Source of the DNA: Moniliella sp. 'wahieum'
Lineage: Eukaryota
DNA length: 60,803 nt
Assembly: GCA_003971905.1 (NCBI GenBank)
Contig: RSEE01000095.1
Location: forward strand, 186,001 to 246,803
Direction of reading: 5' to 3'
The notes beneath the pieces are model-generated. The model was given only the letters and a program-made list of their open reading frames with translations, was not told the origin of the DNA and did not search any database. Both the position numbers and the translations under genes were made by a program. Of this stretch, positions 47,001 to 59,970 are shown one piece after another. The first letter of the stretch is position 1. Each line of letters begins with the position of its first letter.

Positions 47001-47776
47001 TGTTCTTTCTGCCAGGGGCGGCCGGCCCGGTGGGGAAGCCGTGCGTGTCGGGCTGGGTGGGTGGGACGAGGGCGCGGGCGGACCAGGTACCGGGTCAAGC
47101 ATTCCTTCCGCCTGGTTCGCGGGACGGCGCGGGGGCAAGTCATGGCCCTGCTCTAGCGCAGGCGAATGCAGAGTCTCATCAGAAGGGTCAAGAAGGCTGT
47201 CGTGGGGTGCAGCACGAGACAGGATCGTCGGCCGAGGCAGATCGGAGTATGCGTTCTTGGGAGCGGCGGCCATAGCAAGCACGGCGAGGGCGCGCGCTTT
47301 GGCAGCGGTGGCGACGCTGATCTGGGGCGTGTGGAGGATAGGACGGAGGAGAAGGTCCCACCAATCGTATGCATAGCGCTGGGGATCCAGGATGTTGCGC
47401 AGCGCATAGAGCAGCTCAACAAAGTGCACGCGATGCTCGAGCGAGGCGCGGGCGACATCCTTGACGAACAGACGAAGCAGCTCCTCGCTGAGGGCCTGGG
47501 ACGTGGCAGCGCGGTAGTCGGGCGCGACGGCCGTGGCGGCGGCATACGTGGTGCTGTGGCGTCCACGGCGTCCTGCAGATCGTCGATGGCGGCAAGAAGG
47601 GCGGGGAAGGGGGTGGCGGGGTCGGGGCTGGCGAAGACGGTGTGGGTGCGGGTGGCCAGCGCGGCCACCAGCGCGGCGAGTGGGCGTGGCAGCGGCGCAT
47701 CGTCCCGTGCCGCCGATGCGGGTGCGTCGGCACGGGGCGTGGAGGGCGTGGAGCCAATGAACGGCGGGGGCACCAT
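44020..47776 (-). CDS. TSC1: Hamartin / Tsc1 (frameshifts; 3' end approximate)
   Basis: WWDLLLRPIL, NLGEIVLQFG, LTMLIPHIP, PLFTFLYGIFPCNTVRFFREP, HVLHPSLI..EISDTARW, LERENMLLRNELAYELYLQEQHLAHLG followed by a long coiled coil. Confidence 0.88.
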
Positions 47777-48983
47777 CGCGGCTGCCGATGGGGTTGGGCG
47801 TGACGGATGCGATGCGATGCGATGCGATGGGCGATGGCCAAGGCCGAGGGTGATAAATGGCAGCGGGCACGTGACCGGGCCCGGCCGCACCAGGGCCCAC
47901 CCCGATGAGGTAATGGCCGTGTCCAGCGCGAGTGTCGAGGGAGAATGCACTGGAGGAGGTATAGTCCTCAGCTGAGGCCTGAGGAGAGGTGAGGGGAAGA
48001 GGCAATGAGAAGGACAGGGGCAGGACTGCTCTCGAGGGGTTACCCGCGCTACTACCGACCCGTCCAGTTCATTCCGTCCAATATGCCTTCCTGGAGGGCA
48101 AGAATATTCTCTCACGCTTCTGTAGCTCATGTGCAATGCAATACACACGATCAACTACTTGCTCTCTGGTCTTCTATGCCGGGGTACTATAGAGGGACAT
48201 TGGCTGTCCTCTTTACCGTCTACCGCACTGTCATCATGACGGCCCTCTAGACAGCCGCATCGCAGCGAATTGTCCGAGAGAAAAAAATGCGTCGCGACGT
48301 GCACTGGACCGTCGCGGCACAATATATGGAGCAAGGCTGACCCTTTGATTGTCCAAAATAAAGTCGGCCGTCGAAATGACCTGCATCAGGCCAGGGGAAT
48401 CGGCGAGATCATAGAAGCAATCAAGATCGCAAGAGTAACCAAGAGTAACCAAGTGTGACCTATGGAATCGTGGTAAATACGCGCAGATTGAGTGGTTTAC
48501 TCCATGGTTGTAGGCGGCAAGATCCATCATGCATCAAGTAGCTAGCTATATATATGAAGCTCTAGACGTTTAAGGCTATGGCTCAAAGCTGATGAGAATG
48601 AAGATGATGAGATGATGAGAATGCTTGCCTTCTCGAGTCACTTGAATTTCCAAGACAACAACGGCAAAAAGTATACACGGTTTCGGGGGCAGGGGGGGGG
48701 GGGCATGCGAGAAAGAAAGCAAAGCAAAGGGCATATTGAGGAAAAGGTAACGGAGCGGTGCATGAGACCGAGCAGGGCGATGGAGCATGTTTGCAATGCA
48801 TACGTGGCGAAAGGTGGCGGGGCAAGGGGCGAAAAAAAGATAGAGGAACGAGCCATACTAGCAACACGCCAAAACGGGCGAGTACGACAACGAATCCAGA
48901 AACTGCGTTCGAGTAGCGGAGCCAGTGGAGGAGGCAAAGTAGCACACATGCGAACACGAACCAGCGCAGACCCGTCACCCTTT

Positions 48984-50201
48984 TCACCAAGGCATCTCGA
49001 CAAGGTATTTCTTGTCAATGTTCTCGTTTGGCCCCTCGTCGCGGGGCAAAACGCTGCCAAAGACACGGTCCCAGATACGCGTCTGTTTACCGTAGTTGCC
49101 CGAGTGCTTCCACCCCCGGCGGTGGTGAATGTCATGGTCCTCCATAGTGATGTCCATGTCAAGCGGCTGCAGCAGGAACGGGAACGCCTGGAACGCAGTA
49201 AAGTAGAGTCGCACGCCCGCGTGTCCGAAAAGCTCAACGACCGTCACCATAGCGTTGCAGAACCACCATTCATAGAAGTTGGGCCGCAGGAACGAGATGG
49301 GGTACATGGTGAGCCATGTAAGGAATGGAATGCCAACCATGTCAAAGAGTTCCTGCTCATCGTCGGCAAAGAGGGTGAGGAGCGTGTTGGGGTGGCGTGA
49401 GAGGTGGTGCGTGCGGTGGAATGGCCAAAGCGAATCCGACTCGTGCATGACCCGGTGGTACCAGTAATAGTAGAAATCGAGCGTCCACGTGTAGACGGCC
49501 ATCTGGATAGGCAGCTGCCAGCGAACCGTGGGTTTCGAGTCGGCGTCCCACGTCGTCATGACTTCCATAAAGACACGTTGGGTCACGGTGAGCAGCAGAC
49601 TGGCAGCAACCTTGCCGCCGAGGGCGTCGGGCACTTCGTCACGCGGCACGCCCGAGTCAAAGTACCCATACTTGGCACCAAGGTCGCGGCACCTCCAGAT
49701 GACCTGGATGCCCACGTGGTAGTAGAACAGCATGTAGAAGGGAATAGCGAGCCACTTGTTGATGCCAGCCTGGGATACGGGCGACTCCTGGTCTTTGTAG
49801 AGCACGTCGTTGAAGAGGTACGAGATGGCGTACTGGATGAGGACGGGGGGCGCGGCACGGAACATGGCCCAACGGAGCTGGGTGAGGGGCGAAAGGTAGG
49901 GCACGGGGGCCTTGGGGTCGACGTACTTGGGCTCGTCCGCTAGAGGCCAGAGGTCAAGCAGCGTCATAACGTGGACGGCCCAGTTCTTGGGGGCGTCGGG
50001 GTTGGCCCTCCATTCGGACCGGAAGGAAGAGTTGCCCATGCTGATCTTGCGCACCTCGGCGATGTTCTCGTCGAGGTCAGCAGCGCGCATGTAAGCTGGG
50101 GTGTCATCGGTATCGGGTGCGGTGGTGGTGGTGGCGGCGGCGGGGCGCGCAGCGGGAGGCTGTGGCTGGCTGATGCCAGTGGCGGTGGCGGCGGCGGTCA
50201 T
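48984..50201 (-). CDS. Fatty acid hydroxylase / sterol desaturase superfamily membrane enzyme, 405 aa
   Basis: Intact ORF with His boxes DFYYYWYHRVMH, HRTHH, ELFGHAG and HDIHH..NYGKQTRIWDRVFGS. Confidence 0.9.
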   Translation of the reverse strand: MTAAATATGISQPQPPAARPAAATTTTAPDTDDTPAYMRAADLDENIAEVRKISMGNSSFRSEWRANPDAPKNWAVHVMTLLDLWPLADEPKYVDPKAPVPYLSPLTQLRWAMFRAAPPVLIQYAISYLFNDVLYKDQESPVSQAGINKWLAIPFYMLFYYHVGIQVIWRCRDLGAKYGYFDSGVPRDEVPDALGGKVAASLLLTVTQRVFMEVMTTWDADSKPTVRWQLPIQMAVYTWTLDFYYYWYHRVMHESDSLWPFHRTHHLSRHPNTLLTLFADDEQELFDMVGIPFLTWLTMYPISFLRPNFYEWWFCNAMVTVVELFGHAGVRLYFTAFQAFPFLLQPLDMDITMEDHDIHHRRGWKHSGNYGKQTRIWDRVFGSVLPRDEGPNENIDKKYLVEMPW

Positions 50202-52379
50202 GGTGGTGGCGGGGGTAGCAGGACGCGGGGGACTGCTTCTTATAGGATGGGCGAGCGGGCGGGGGGCGGATGCGCTGACGCTTGAAACGAACTGGTTGGG
50301 GCGGGGACATGCGAGGCACGGGAGGGCAGTGGAGCGGCGTGTGGTGGGGCGGGATGCGAGCAGGGCGGCGGGTGCTGAAGGGTGATGCTGATGAGCAAGT
50401 GCGTGTTGAAAGAGCGTGCGCTGCAGCTGGCAGCAGCCCAGCCTTGCGCTGCCGTGCGTGGCTTGCGTCGCGTCTGCAGCGGCTGCGTGAAAGAGGCGCT
50501 TGAACGTTCAAAATTCAATATTCACGATCCAAGTATGGGAATCGTATCGAACCGTGTGGAAGCACCAGCGCAAGTGGCACATTGGTTGCACGTGCAGATG
50601 ACGTCACCTACGATGCATGTGAGAGTGACTTGTGACGTGTGATGCGTGACGCCAGACCTACGCTGTGCCCACCAACCGGCAACCGCTGGTGCTTGGTCAC
50701 ATTCACATGTCGCACTAATTGTGTCAGAGAGTGCCTGCTCTGCGGGAGACTTGTGCCCCTCCTTGCCCAACAAGGCGCACCGTGAGGCCTCAGCCTGAGG
50801 GTTCCCTGGGGCCTGAAGCTCATCAGGCGCTTTGGCGGGAGAGTCGGGCGTAGACGCACGAGTCAGTGGGTCATGGAGGGCAACTGCCAGAGGGGAGATG
50901 GGGGCGTAGTGGGGGTGCGGGTGACGTGGTGTGGGACGGGGATGCCATCCCCGGCCATGTGGAGCTGGGGCTGAGGGCAGGGTCATTGCACCGGACCTGG
51001 GCGATATGATGTCCGCCGAAGGCTGGGTGTTTTTCTTGTTTGGCTGTTTCGCTAACTCGCGCCCTCCATCACCTGCAATTGGCAGCCTTACTACTATACT
51101 CTCTCACACGACGGGTCCCCGCGTACAGCCCGTCCCAGGTTACACGAATGACTGGGTAGGGCTGAACGAGCGCCAAACATGACGAGAGGGAGGCAGCTGA
51201 TGCGCCGATCCGAGGACCCCAGCTGTCCTTGGGGCGACGACAATGATGGAGTAACCGTCGATGCGCCTCATCGATCATCTGCCTTCTTGGATTGCTGCTG
51301 GTGAAACGCTCTCCGACAGAACTCCGCTTTCGAGGGAGGCAATGTGTGTCACGGGGCGATGCGCAGCTCAGCCACCGGAAATATTTCCGTTGGCGCCGCC
51401 GCTGCTTATCGTACGCTCTTGGCTTCTAATCAGTTCGATCGCCGATGTTCCGCGCGTGCGGATCGGCGGGAGCTATCAGCCGCGTGGTCTCCAACAGACC
51501 ACAGTTAGGCCGCTTGCATATTGTACGACTTGCGGGCCTTTGCCTGCCTATATAAAGACCCGCTCTGTACTAAGAATGCATGGAGGCAAGCGACCAATCG
51601 TCTTGTCCTACGTCCACCCTCAGCGCCGCCTTCTCCAGGACTCAGCTTAGGAACGCTATCGCTAGGAAGGCAGTAGGGAGGACGTCTCTCTGGTGCGAAG
51701 CTCGCGCGCTTCGGGCCTACGACTGGTCCCCTTGCCTGACGAGCCAGAGGGCTGGCTCCCCTTTGTGCCCCCCCGTCGGGCGAGGTTGTCATCGCCCGGG
51801 AGGCCACACCGTTACAATGTGCCTATTTTATGGTCCCTGGGCCGCCGACCTCTCTTCCCTGCCTCGCCGCATGCGTCCCGCCAGGCTCCACCCAGTCAAC
51901 CTTCAACGCTGCCACCATGCTGGCAGGACACCAGAGTGAGAATCTGCCCCCACGCTGTACAGTCGAGGCAGCCACACAGGCACTAGGCCGGAGCGCCATA
52001 CCAATCGTCGTGGGGTGCCGTATGGTTCCAGGTCTGGCTTTGGCATGTACCGCCAAGGCAACGCTACTAACAGCTTTGTAATTGCCAATCTTTTCTTCCT
52101 GTCCGTTCCACTGTCCCCGTCGCCGCCCACCGCCATACCATACCACACCACCACGCCGACAGCGCCATCCATCTCCTCCCTCGTCCTGTCCCTGTCATTT
52201 CACTCACCACCATCCCGTATGGACCCCGCGTTTCCGGGCGAGGTGGAGCCGTCCGCCCACCGACGCCTGCGCTCGTCGTGCCCTCCGGTCATTCTAACGC
52301 CTCTTCACCTTTCCAGCTGTATTGAATTCATCAGGACAGGGTGTTGGTGTACTCTTTAACGAGAGCTGGCAGGATCGAC

Positions 52380-55150
52380 ACCAACTGCTAATCATTGATC
52401 AGAACCTGTCGCAGACTTCCAGCACTCAGATCTACCAGCTTCCCCTGCGCTGCCGAAGTCGGAGACGCGCCAGGCCTAGCGATTGCATTGGACGACGCCC
52501 GCCTGTTATGTGGTCTGAACTTCGTATTCGGTATTGGCCAGAGCAGGCTGACGGGACCCCTCCCCCAAGGCACGATGGAGGCCCTCGGCTTGGGGCACCA
52601 TACTGCTCGCAAAGTATATTTTCTTTTCTCTCCTCCACCGCTGGCCATCGAGAGTAGAGGCACAAAAGGCGCGGTGCTCCAGCTTGGCCTGTCGCAATTC
52701 ATCCTGCAGCTTGTTTCTTCCCACCTGGTACGAAAAGTCGGGTTAATGGGGAGAAGGAAAAGCGAAGACCCTCTTGAGGTCGTCGAAGGCGCTTTGGCCG
52801 ACAGGTGTTTAAACAAACCGCTGAAGAGTCTTGCGGACGAGGTCGGATAGGGGTGTGGACATGCGGGCATAGGAGCAAGTGAAGTGGCGGTAGTAATTGG
52901 CAAACACAAGGAACACCTGAACTTGGCTGCTGGTCTTGAGCGTGGGCCATGCCTTGATCGCTTCCATTTTAGCCGGATCCATCCCAATCCCCGTGAACGA
53001 AACTACGTAGCCCAAATACTTGATGCGGGATGTGTGAAACCGACATTTGTCCGGATTAAGGTAGACCCTGGCTCGCTGCAGATCCCATAACACCTCAGCA
53101 ACATGCTCCTCGTGTGCCTTTTCGTCTGACGAGAAGAGCAAGATATCGTCCAGATATGTCAGCACCGAGACGTCGAGGATGTTCCGAAGGAGATCATTCA
53201 TTACGGCTTGGAAAGTGGCGGACGCGTTAAAGAGACCGAACGGCATGACGAGGGACTCAAAAGGATCATATCCAGTACCAAACTCCGTCTTGTACTCCTC
53301 GCCCTCTTTGACCTTCAAAAGGTTGTGCGCCCCACGGAGGTCAAGCGTGTAAAAAACGCGAGCCCCGGACAAGCGATCGGATAGTCAATGCAGAGTGTCG
53401 GAGTGAGCCATCCTGCTTCTTAATAGAAATGACACCCGCCCCAAACGGCGATTTAGACGGACGAATGAACCCAGAGGCCAGATTTTCGTCAATGCCCCGG
53501 CCCAGGACACCCTTCTCGGCCCCAGAAACAGAGTAGAGGCTAGTGAAGGTGGGAGTAGCCCCGGGCGCGAGGCCAATTATGGTCCGCCGCACGATGGGTG
53601 GGACGTGTCTTGGCGTCAGACTTGAAGAAGGTATCGAGAGAAAGGCTTGGTAACGCGAACGCACCGTTTTCCCAACGTGGTCGACATACTCTGGTGTGTC
53701 TATAATTGGTCAAGAAACACTTCCTCCGGACCCTCTGACATGGATACAGACGAGATGACCAAAGCTGGATCACTGGGATGGGCAACGCATACCTCGGCCT
53801 CCATATCGTCGACCATCTCTCCTTCAAACTTTTCCAAGGATAGGAGGTCAATCGGCAGACTAATAGGGGAGAGTGAGGACTGAGGAGGGGCGGGACCAAA
53901 GCATGAGGAGCGGAGATACGTAACTTGGGAAGGGGGGTGCTGGCTCTGAGATGAGATTACAGACTGGTACGGGAGCTGAAAGGAAGACTGTGCAGCAGAT
54001 GCTGGGGAGGTGAAAACTGGCTGGGGGAAGGCTGGGAATGGGTCTGGAGTTGGAACTGAGGAGGACGACAACGTCCGCGACATTTGCGGTTTATCGAAAT
54101 GTAACGTGTGCGAGAAGTAGTCCGGGGAAGGGTTGTGGGCCTCGAGAAAGGGAAGGCCAAGAATCAAGGGATGGTGGAGGGACTGAGGCGACGGAACATT
54201 TCTCTCTCTCGGTCGACACATTTCCGAGCCGAGACCGTGACGGATGCCTCCACCGCCAGGGTCACCAGACCCGAAGAGATGGGACGTTCGTCAACCACGC
54301 GGATTGACAAGGGCGCCGACTCCAGCGGAAGGGCGAGCAGGCCGTTCCGGTGGGCAAACACCCGATCCACATGAAGACACTGTTAGAACCAGACTCAGCG
54401 AGGGCAAGAAGCGGGATCGGAACTGGGGACGGGGACGAGGACGAAGAACCAGGACCAAATGAACGAGTACCGCGAAAGATCCTGTTGGGAAGACCGCCCG
54501 GGGCCGACGCCTGCCTGAGACACACAGCCGTGGAAGATTCGGCCTGACGAGGCGGGGGCGGACCGTCGAGCGCGCAGTGTTGTGGGCAATGTGGTGGTCA
54601 CGGGTGCCGCAAAAGTAGCAGGATCCTTCCACGCTCTACGCTCACGATACCGCGCTGCCCTCGCTGTGGCATGCGTCTCAGCTGCGCTAAGGTCCATGTA
54701 TTCGGGTTCGGACGGCGACGGCCCGAAGAACTGGCTGCCGCTGGGAAGTCTGAGAGGTGCCATACTATTGCTGCGTATACCCAATGCCTGGGGCTCGTCG
54801 ATATTGATTACTTGCGAAGCGCGCAACTGCTCAAACGACGGCCGATTGACGTGCGTAGACTCACCACGAGCAGAACGACCGTCCCGCACCTTGGGTTTCA
54901 GCCCATAGAGAGAAAGTCCCAATAGAACTGCTCAGGAGGGGTATTGGGGCTGTATAGCACCTCTCAGCAGACGCACAAAATGAGCGGCATAGTCAGCAGC
55001 CGACTCGGACTGAGTGAGCGCCCGATACTCCACATAGGCTTACTGCTGCGGAGGGTTACGTTCATCCCATTCGGTCAAAAGTACAGCCCGAAAGGCGGGC
55101 CACGACTGAGGTTCAGGGGAGGTGCGCTGACCCAATGGTAGTTCAGGCTC
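52380..55150 (-). mobile_element. Degenerate Ty3/Gypsy LTR retrotransposon remnant (gag-protease-RT-RNase H; integrase core and LTRs not seen)
   Basis: Gag-like YRALTQSESAADYAAHF..YGLKPKVR, knuckle CYFCGTRDH, protease ALAESGSNSVF and LILGLPFLEAHNP, RT FIRPSKSPFGA..LDLRGAHNLLKV..VMPFGLFNASATFQ..YLDDILLFS..KYLGYVV. Many stops and frameshifts. Confidence 0.9.
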
Positions 55151-56019
55151 CGACCCGTACTGTCGGAGACACAGACATCAATGCCATGATGAACCGGCCA
55201 ATCTTTTCCGTATCGTTGTCTGCGTGGCGACCAAAAGGGAGACACCAGCGTATATCTCGAAGGAAGTCACGACCTCTTCTGATCGGCCGAAATAATTAGG
55301 GTCGCTTTTGCTAGGCTCTGAGCATGAGAGGACGGGCGGAAATGGACGGGTTCGAACATATTAAGGTCGCGAGATGCACAGGTGCAGGGCGAGCTCAGAG
55401 ACGGAAAGGGTGGGGCCGTCCATATATTACTGAGCGTGGGTCCGGTCGACTCGGATCTTCTCGGCATCGTCGGCCTTGTCGTCGCGAATCTTCTCTCGTA
55501 CTAAGGCCGACCTCCCGCTACAATAATATTTTATCGCTCCCCGCCTTTTTACTGATTGGTGGCAGGGTCGGGCTCGCCGTGGTGGCCGGCATTTTTCTCG
55601 TGTCGTCTTTGAGGGGATAAGGAGAGTTGCGCACAATGCGAACTGCTTCCAGAACAAAAGCTCCTCGGTGTATGCGTAAGTAGCCTTCCTTCAATTTGTT
55701 GCAGCGGTGGCGTTCCCTCTGTTTTTATGTGTACTATAATAACATTATATGAGTGTGGTTGCCGCTTCATTGACCGTGGGCTGGCAACAGTACGTCCGTG
55801 CAGCAGTAACTCTCGACGCACTACATCTACATGCGCAGTATCTTCGAGACTCGCGAGAGTCCAAACAGGATATACAGCGCCTCAATGACGACCACGGCAT
55901 TTCTCCTGAACTGCCCCCTGGAATTTATTCTCCACCGCGCGAGCCGCGAGCACTGCAACTAGAAGCATCCCGATTGCGTCGCTTGTAGCTACCCCTTCTC
56001 GTTTTCCATCCTTCATCCC

Positions 56020-56270
56020 ACCTCCATCCAGCCCAGAAACCGGATCGGTATGCCGCTAAGTACCACCATCGCCAGTTCCCCTCGCGCTTGGGCGTGCATC
56101 AGAGGAAATGCAGTTGGGTAGGGTGTGGTCTCATGCATTCCATGCCGACTCCGGTGTGTGGGAGGATCAATGTACAAAGAAAACCACAGGGAACCCGGCA
56201 TTCACGTCGCAAGCCAGAGCCAGCCATCAAACAAACATGCCCCACAAACAAGAACAACAGAGACAAGTGA
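56020..56270 (+). repeat. Diverged subtelomeric direct repeat, copy 1
   Basis: Shares tcatgcattccatgccgact, ggaggat, cgcaagccagagccagccatc and acaaacatgcccc with 60207-60460. Confidence 0.8.
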
Positions 56271-58299
56271 ACAATGGGTACAGTGCGTGTCTTCAATGTG
56301 GCGCGCCCCGCCCTCCATGCTGGCTGGCAACTCTCGGCCCCGCACTCGCCATCGGCGGCGTGACGACTCGAGGACGGGGGTGTTGAATTGACCTCGTTAT
56401 CTTGGTGGGGCGACGCGTCCTCACAGGCGTCCGGAAGCGCGGTTGACGCTTCGAACCACTTCCTTGCACCAAACGTCAGAGCGCAAAGCAACCACCACAC
56501 CGAGTTGAATGGGTTATTCTGTAACGAAATGTCCAGCAGACGCACAATCTGCCCCACTCTCCCTTAGACTTGATTCCCATCGGGGAGAAGAGGGGGAGAG
56601 GACCCTAATATGCGGCAGTCGGATATTGGCCCCCAGACGAGACGGAGCCTGGAAGCATACGACTTGGCATCTTCCACAGCGTTATGATGTTGGGGAGTGG
56701 CCAAGTGCAAAGCAATTCCGAACCACTAACATCTCCCACATACATGAAAAGCGGATATTGACTGGATCCACGTCCTTGCCCTAGTGTTCAGATATCTTTG
56801 TTGATCATCTCTGCCCGCATACCCGTGCCTGCACGCCCCGGCGTGCACAAGCGCGTTAGTCAGGACATAGTCAGTACATCATACCAGAGGAAGTCGGGTG
56901 GGGGTCGTCGTCAGACTTGTAAACCCGATAGATGAAATCGCGGCCCAGGTGTTGAGTTGGGCCGTGCAGATGTTCGTTTTCGGCGTTAGTAGGATCATGA
57001 GCAAGCAAGACGGCCATTGCTAGCCATCGGCGCTCTTTGGCAAAAGGAGGGGTCGGACTCTCAGGTGTATGGCGGTTTGCTACTCGTCGCCACCAGCTCC
57101 AGGAGTACCGTCATGTTGGCACCCGTGCGACCCTTTCCCGCCCGCAGCACGTACATCGGTAGCGCACTTGACAGAGTCAAAGCCGATATCAGAATTCTTG
57201 CCGACACATTGGATATGCGGGGGCTACTGGGTGTCGTCTTTTGCTCCGACTGCAGAGGAGGCACACACTGCCATTCTCTTCACGGGTCCATACGAGGGGT
57301 ATGAAGAGCAGCGAGGCGCCCCCCGGACCTGTTCTACGCGCTCGTCCCGTATAACGGAGCCGCATCGAGCTGCATTTGCTCTTCGCCAGCCGTAGAGGCC
57401 TTCCCTGCCGGCGCATCCGCAGGGGGCGTAAAGCGTGCTCTGCCATTGCCAGTACTCCCTGCATTTGTGCCTTAAAGGGCGGCCTGAGCGCACGCACATT
57501 GCCTCTGGAGCTGCTCCAGCTAATGTGCAATGTCAGCCACTTGGGTTCCAACAGAAGGGTATGAACACGTACAGGCATCACCCCCATCAGGTACTCCCTG
57601 GAAATTTGTATTTCACCACGCAGTGTGTCGACCTCGCTAACCCAGTCGCGCTCTCGATGCCAGTTCGGGTGTTGAATGAACAAGGATGGGGAACAAGAAG
57701 CGGAGGCAAGGGCGCACGCCCCTTGACGCATCTGGCTCGGTGCACAGAGAGGAAGGAAACGAGCTGTCGCAGCGGTTCCCAAGTGTTGGCTGGTGGCGAA
57801 GAAGCAAAAGGCGCCCAGACGCGACGAGATCGAATCTGGCGCGGGGCCAGGGTTATGGGCGGCGTGGCTGCAGCCAATCCGGATGAATATATGAATTGCG
57901 ACTGCTTCGGCGCGCCAAGCCAGACTGTTAACCGTCAACCGCGAAGGGGACCCTCAACCGGTTGGTCATGTCCACCCCGCCGCCATGAGCCACGCGCGGA
58001 TGCGAGCGGACAGCCGCTCTTTCGGGGCGGCGTGGGGGTGCGGTCGACTGCGTTTGCTCGCGGGGCTGCTCGGTTTGTGTGCGCCGCCGCCATCTTGCGC
58101 GGTTGGCGCAGATGCTGTCTGTGGCCAAAGCGCGCAGTGGAGGTACCCTCTCCTTAGGCGCTTTGCACGACTGCTGAGGGACGTTGATGTGGCAACGGCT
58201 ACGCGAATGTGGGCGCTCCGACTGCGTCTGGCCAATGCGAAATGTCAGCAACTTGGCCCACCGCAGAAGGACATGGGCAACGTACAGGTATCCCAGCCA

Positions 58300-59970
58300 A
58301 TAAAGGTGGGCGGGTCGGTAAGCGCAAAGAGAGACGGGCACCGCGGCCAAGCACATCCCGAAGGACAATAAGTAGCGGCACAGCTTTTCATCCTGTTGGT
58401 CCCCCATCTCTGACCAACATTCCTCGGGCTTGGGCAAGACGACCTCCAGATGTGCAGCCCCTTACTCATGTATCACATCGCGACCGAAGCTGGTAATGTC
58501 TCGATCCATGCTTTTATCTTGCACCTCAGTTTCTTGTAGTGCTTGTCCGTTGTTTTCATCTGCAGCGTCCTCTGGTCACCGTTGGGACGGGCCCTGGCAA
58601 ACCGGCCCCGCCACCATCCGAGGTTGTCGTTGCCTGGCGGGGTGTGTTTAATCTGGGGCGGGGAATGCCTCTGCAAAGAGCAGGGCGATCATTTGCTTAT
58701 TCCGTCGGCTATTCTCCTCCATCGAGCGTATTCGTACCTGCCGAGCCCACTAGTTAGCACATTACAGCACAGCAAGGCTTGGGTGGCTTCGTACCTGATG
58801 AACAGATAGTGGGTACATTGCGCATGACAGTGTGAAAAAGCATTTGCACGTCTGGCACCTCGGCGTGAGAGGAAGGCAGGGCGGGCGCGAGATAGGCGTG
58901 TCGGATGTAAACGCAACAGAAACGGACCGATGAGATGCCACACCGCGTCACGGTGTGCCTTGATTGGAGCGTCAATCCTTTTTTGGCCGCACCACCACCA
59001 CGTGGAACAGGAGCGATATGAGCCCAGTCTTATCAGGGTACGAGCGGCCCCACTGCAATGGAAGGTGCCATATCCAACCCCACCTTCCGAGTAGCTGCGG
59101 ATAGGACCAACCGGATATCACCACTGATGGCACCCGAAAGCCTAAGCCATCCATACGGGCTGGCAAGGAGAAATGAGCTCTGTCCCACTTGTGAACGTCC
59201 GCATCTCTCGGATGCGCCACCCTGATTGCCTTTACCTCAAATCAGAGCTGCTTGCCAATCTGGTTGAACCGGACCGCCAGATCTTCCGTCCTCTTTGAAC
59301 GAAGCGGATGCCGAAGTTTGGCTGCGGAGCGACCCGCAACAAAGCAGGCGGTCCTGTAGCGGCAACCCATGCAAGGAGGTACAAAGCCGCCTGGGCCGCA
59401 TCCCCACCGTCGCGTCATGGGGACGCAGCGTACGAACCGCCCGCCCTAGCATGCCTGCTTTGGCCTGGAGATGCGCACGGGCGAAACTATCGGAATGCTG
59501 ACGCTCTGCAGAGTCCTTCCGCATAGCTGGAGGTCAGGTCACCTCCGGATCCGCCCTGAGGGAGCGCAAACATCGAGCGAGGAGCCTCCCTGCAAGCCCG
59601 CCTTCGGGAAGAACAAGCAGGTTGAACACATCGTGATCGTCGAGATGATCTAGGTAGGCAATTCCTAAGCGACCCGCGGCGTGTTTGAATCGACGCGGCA
59701 CCATCGTGCTGCCCGGCAGCGAGGGCACAGTGCACTCCACCGCTTGAATGGATCTGAATTTCGGCCCGCCGCCAGATTGGGCTGAGACCGCCGACACCGA
59801 CTGGATGGCGTAGCGCGTGCGCGCCTGAGCTGTTTGGTGCTACGTTCGTTCCCACCGGCCTCGTTCACGCGCATCACGCAAGGGGCCACATAATTTGCCA
59901 CGACTTCCAGGCGGCGGGCAAGGCGGAGGAGAAGGTGGTGGTGGAAGAGAAGGAACAAGTTCAACTTGAC
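58300..59970 (-). mobile_element. Highly degenerate CRE-clade non-LTR retrotransposon near the telomere (limits approximate)
   Basis: Minus-strand motif remnants in the expected order: EVVANYVAPCVMR, IAYLDHLDD (YLDD-like), GMLGRAV, LHGLPLQDRLL, HFSLPARMDGLGF (LPxRxGGLG), HCHAQC..IRYEAT (knuckle/RHE-like). Confidence 0.5.

Noticed and set aside
36843..47776. VMA3, ENP1, RMT3 and TSC1 as pseudogenes or programmed-frameshift genes
   Set aside because: Indels are scattered, often in homopolymers, and conserved motifs continue intact in the new frame. Assembly error is the simpler explanation.
56280..58300. Telomere-linked RecQ helicase
   Set aside because: No Walker A (TGxGKS), DExH or QxxGRAGR motifs were found in the provided ORFs.
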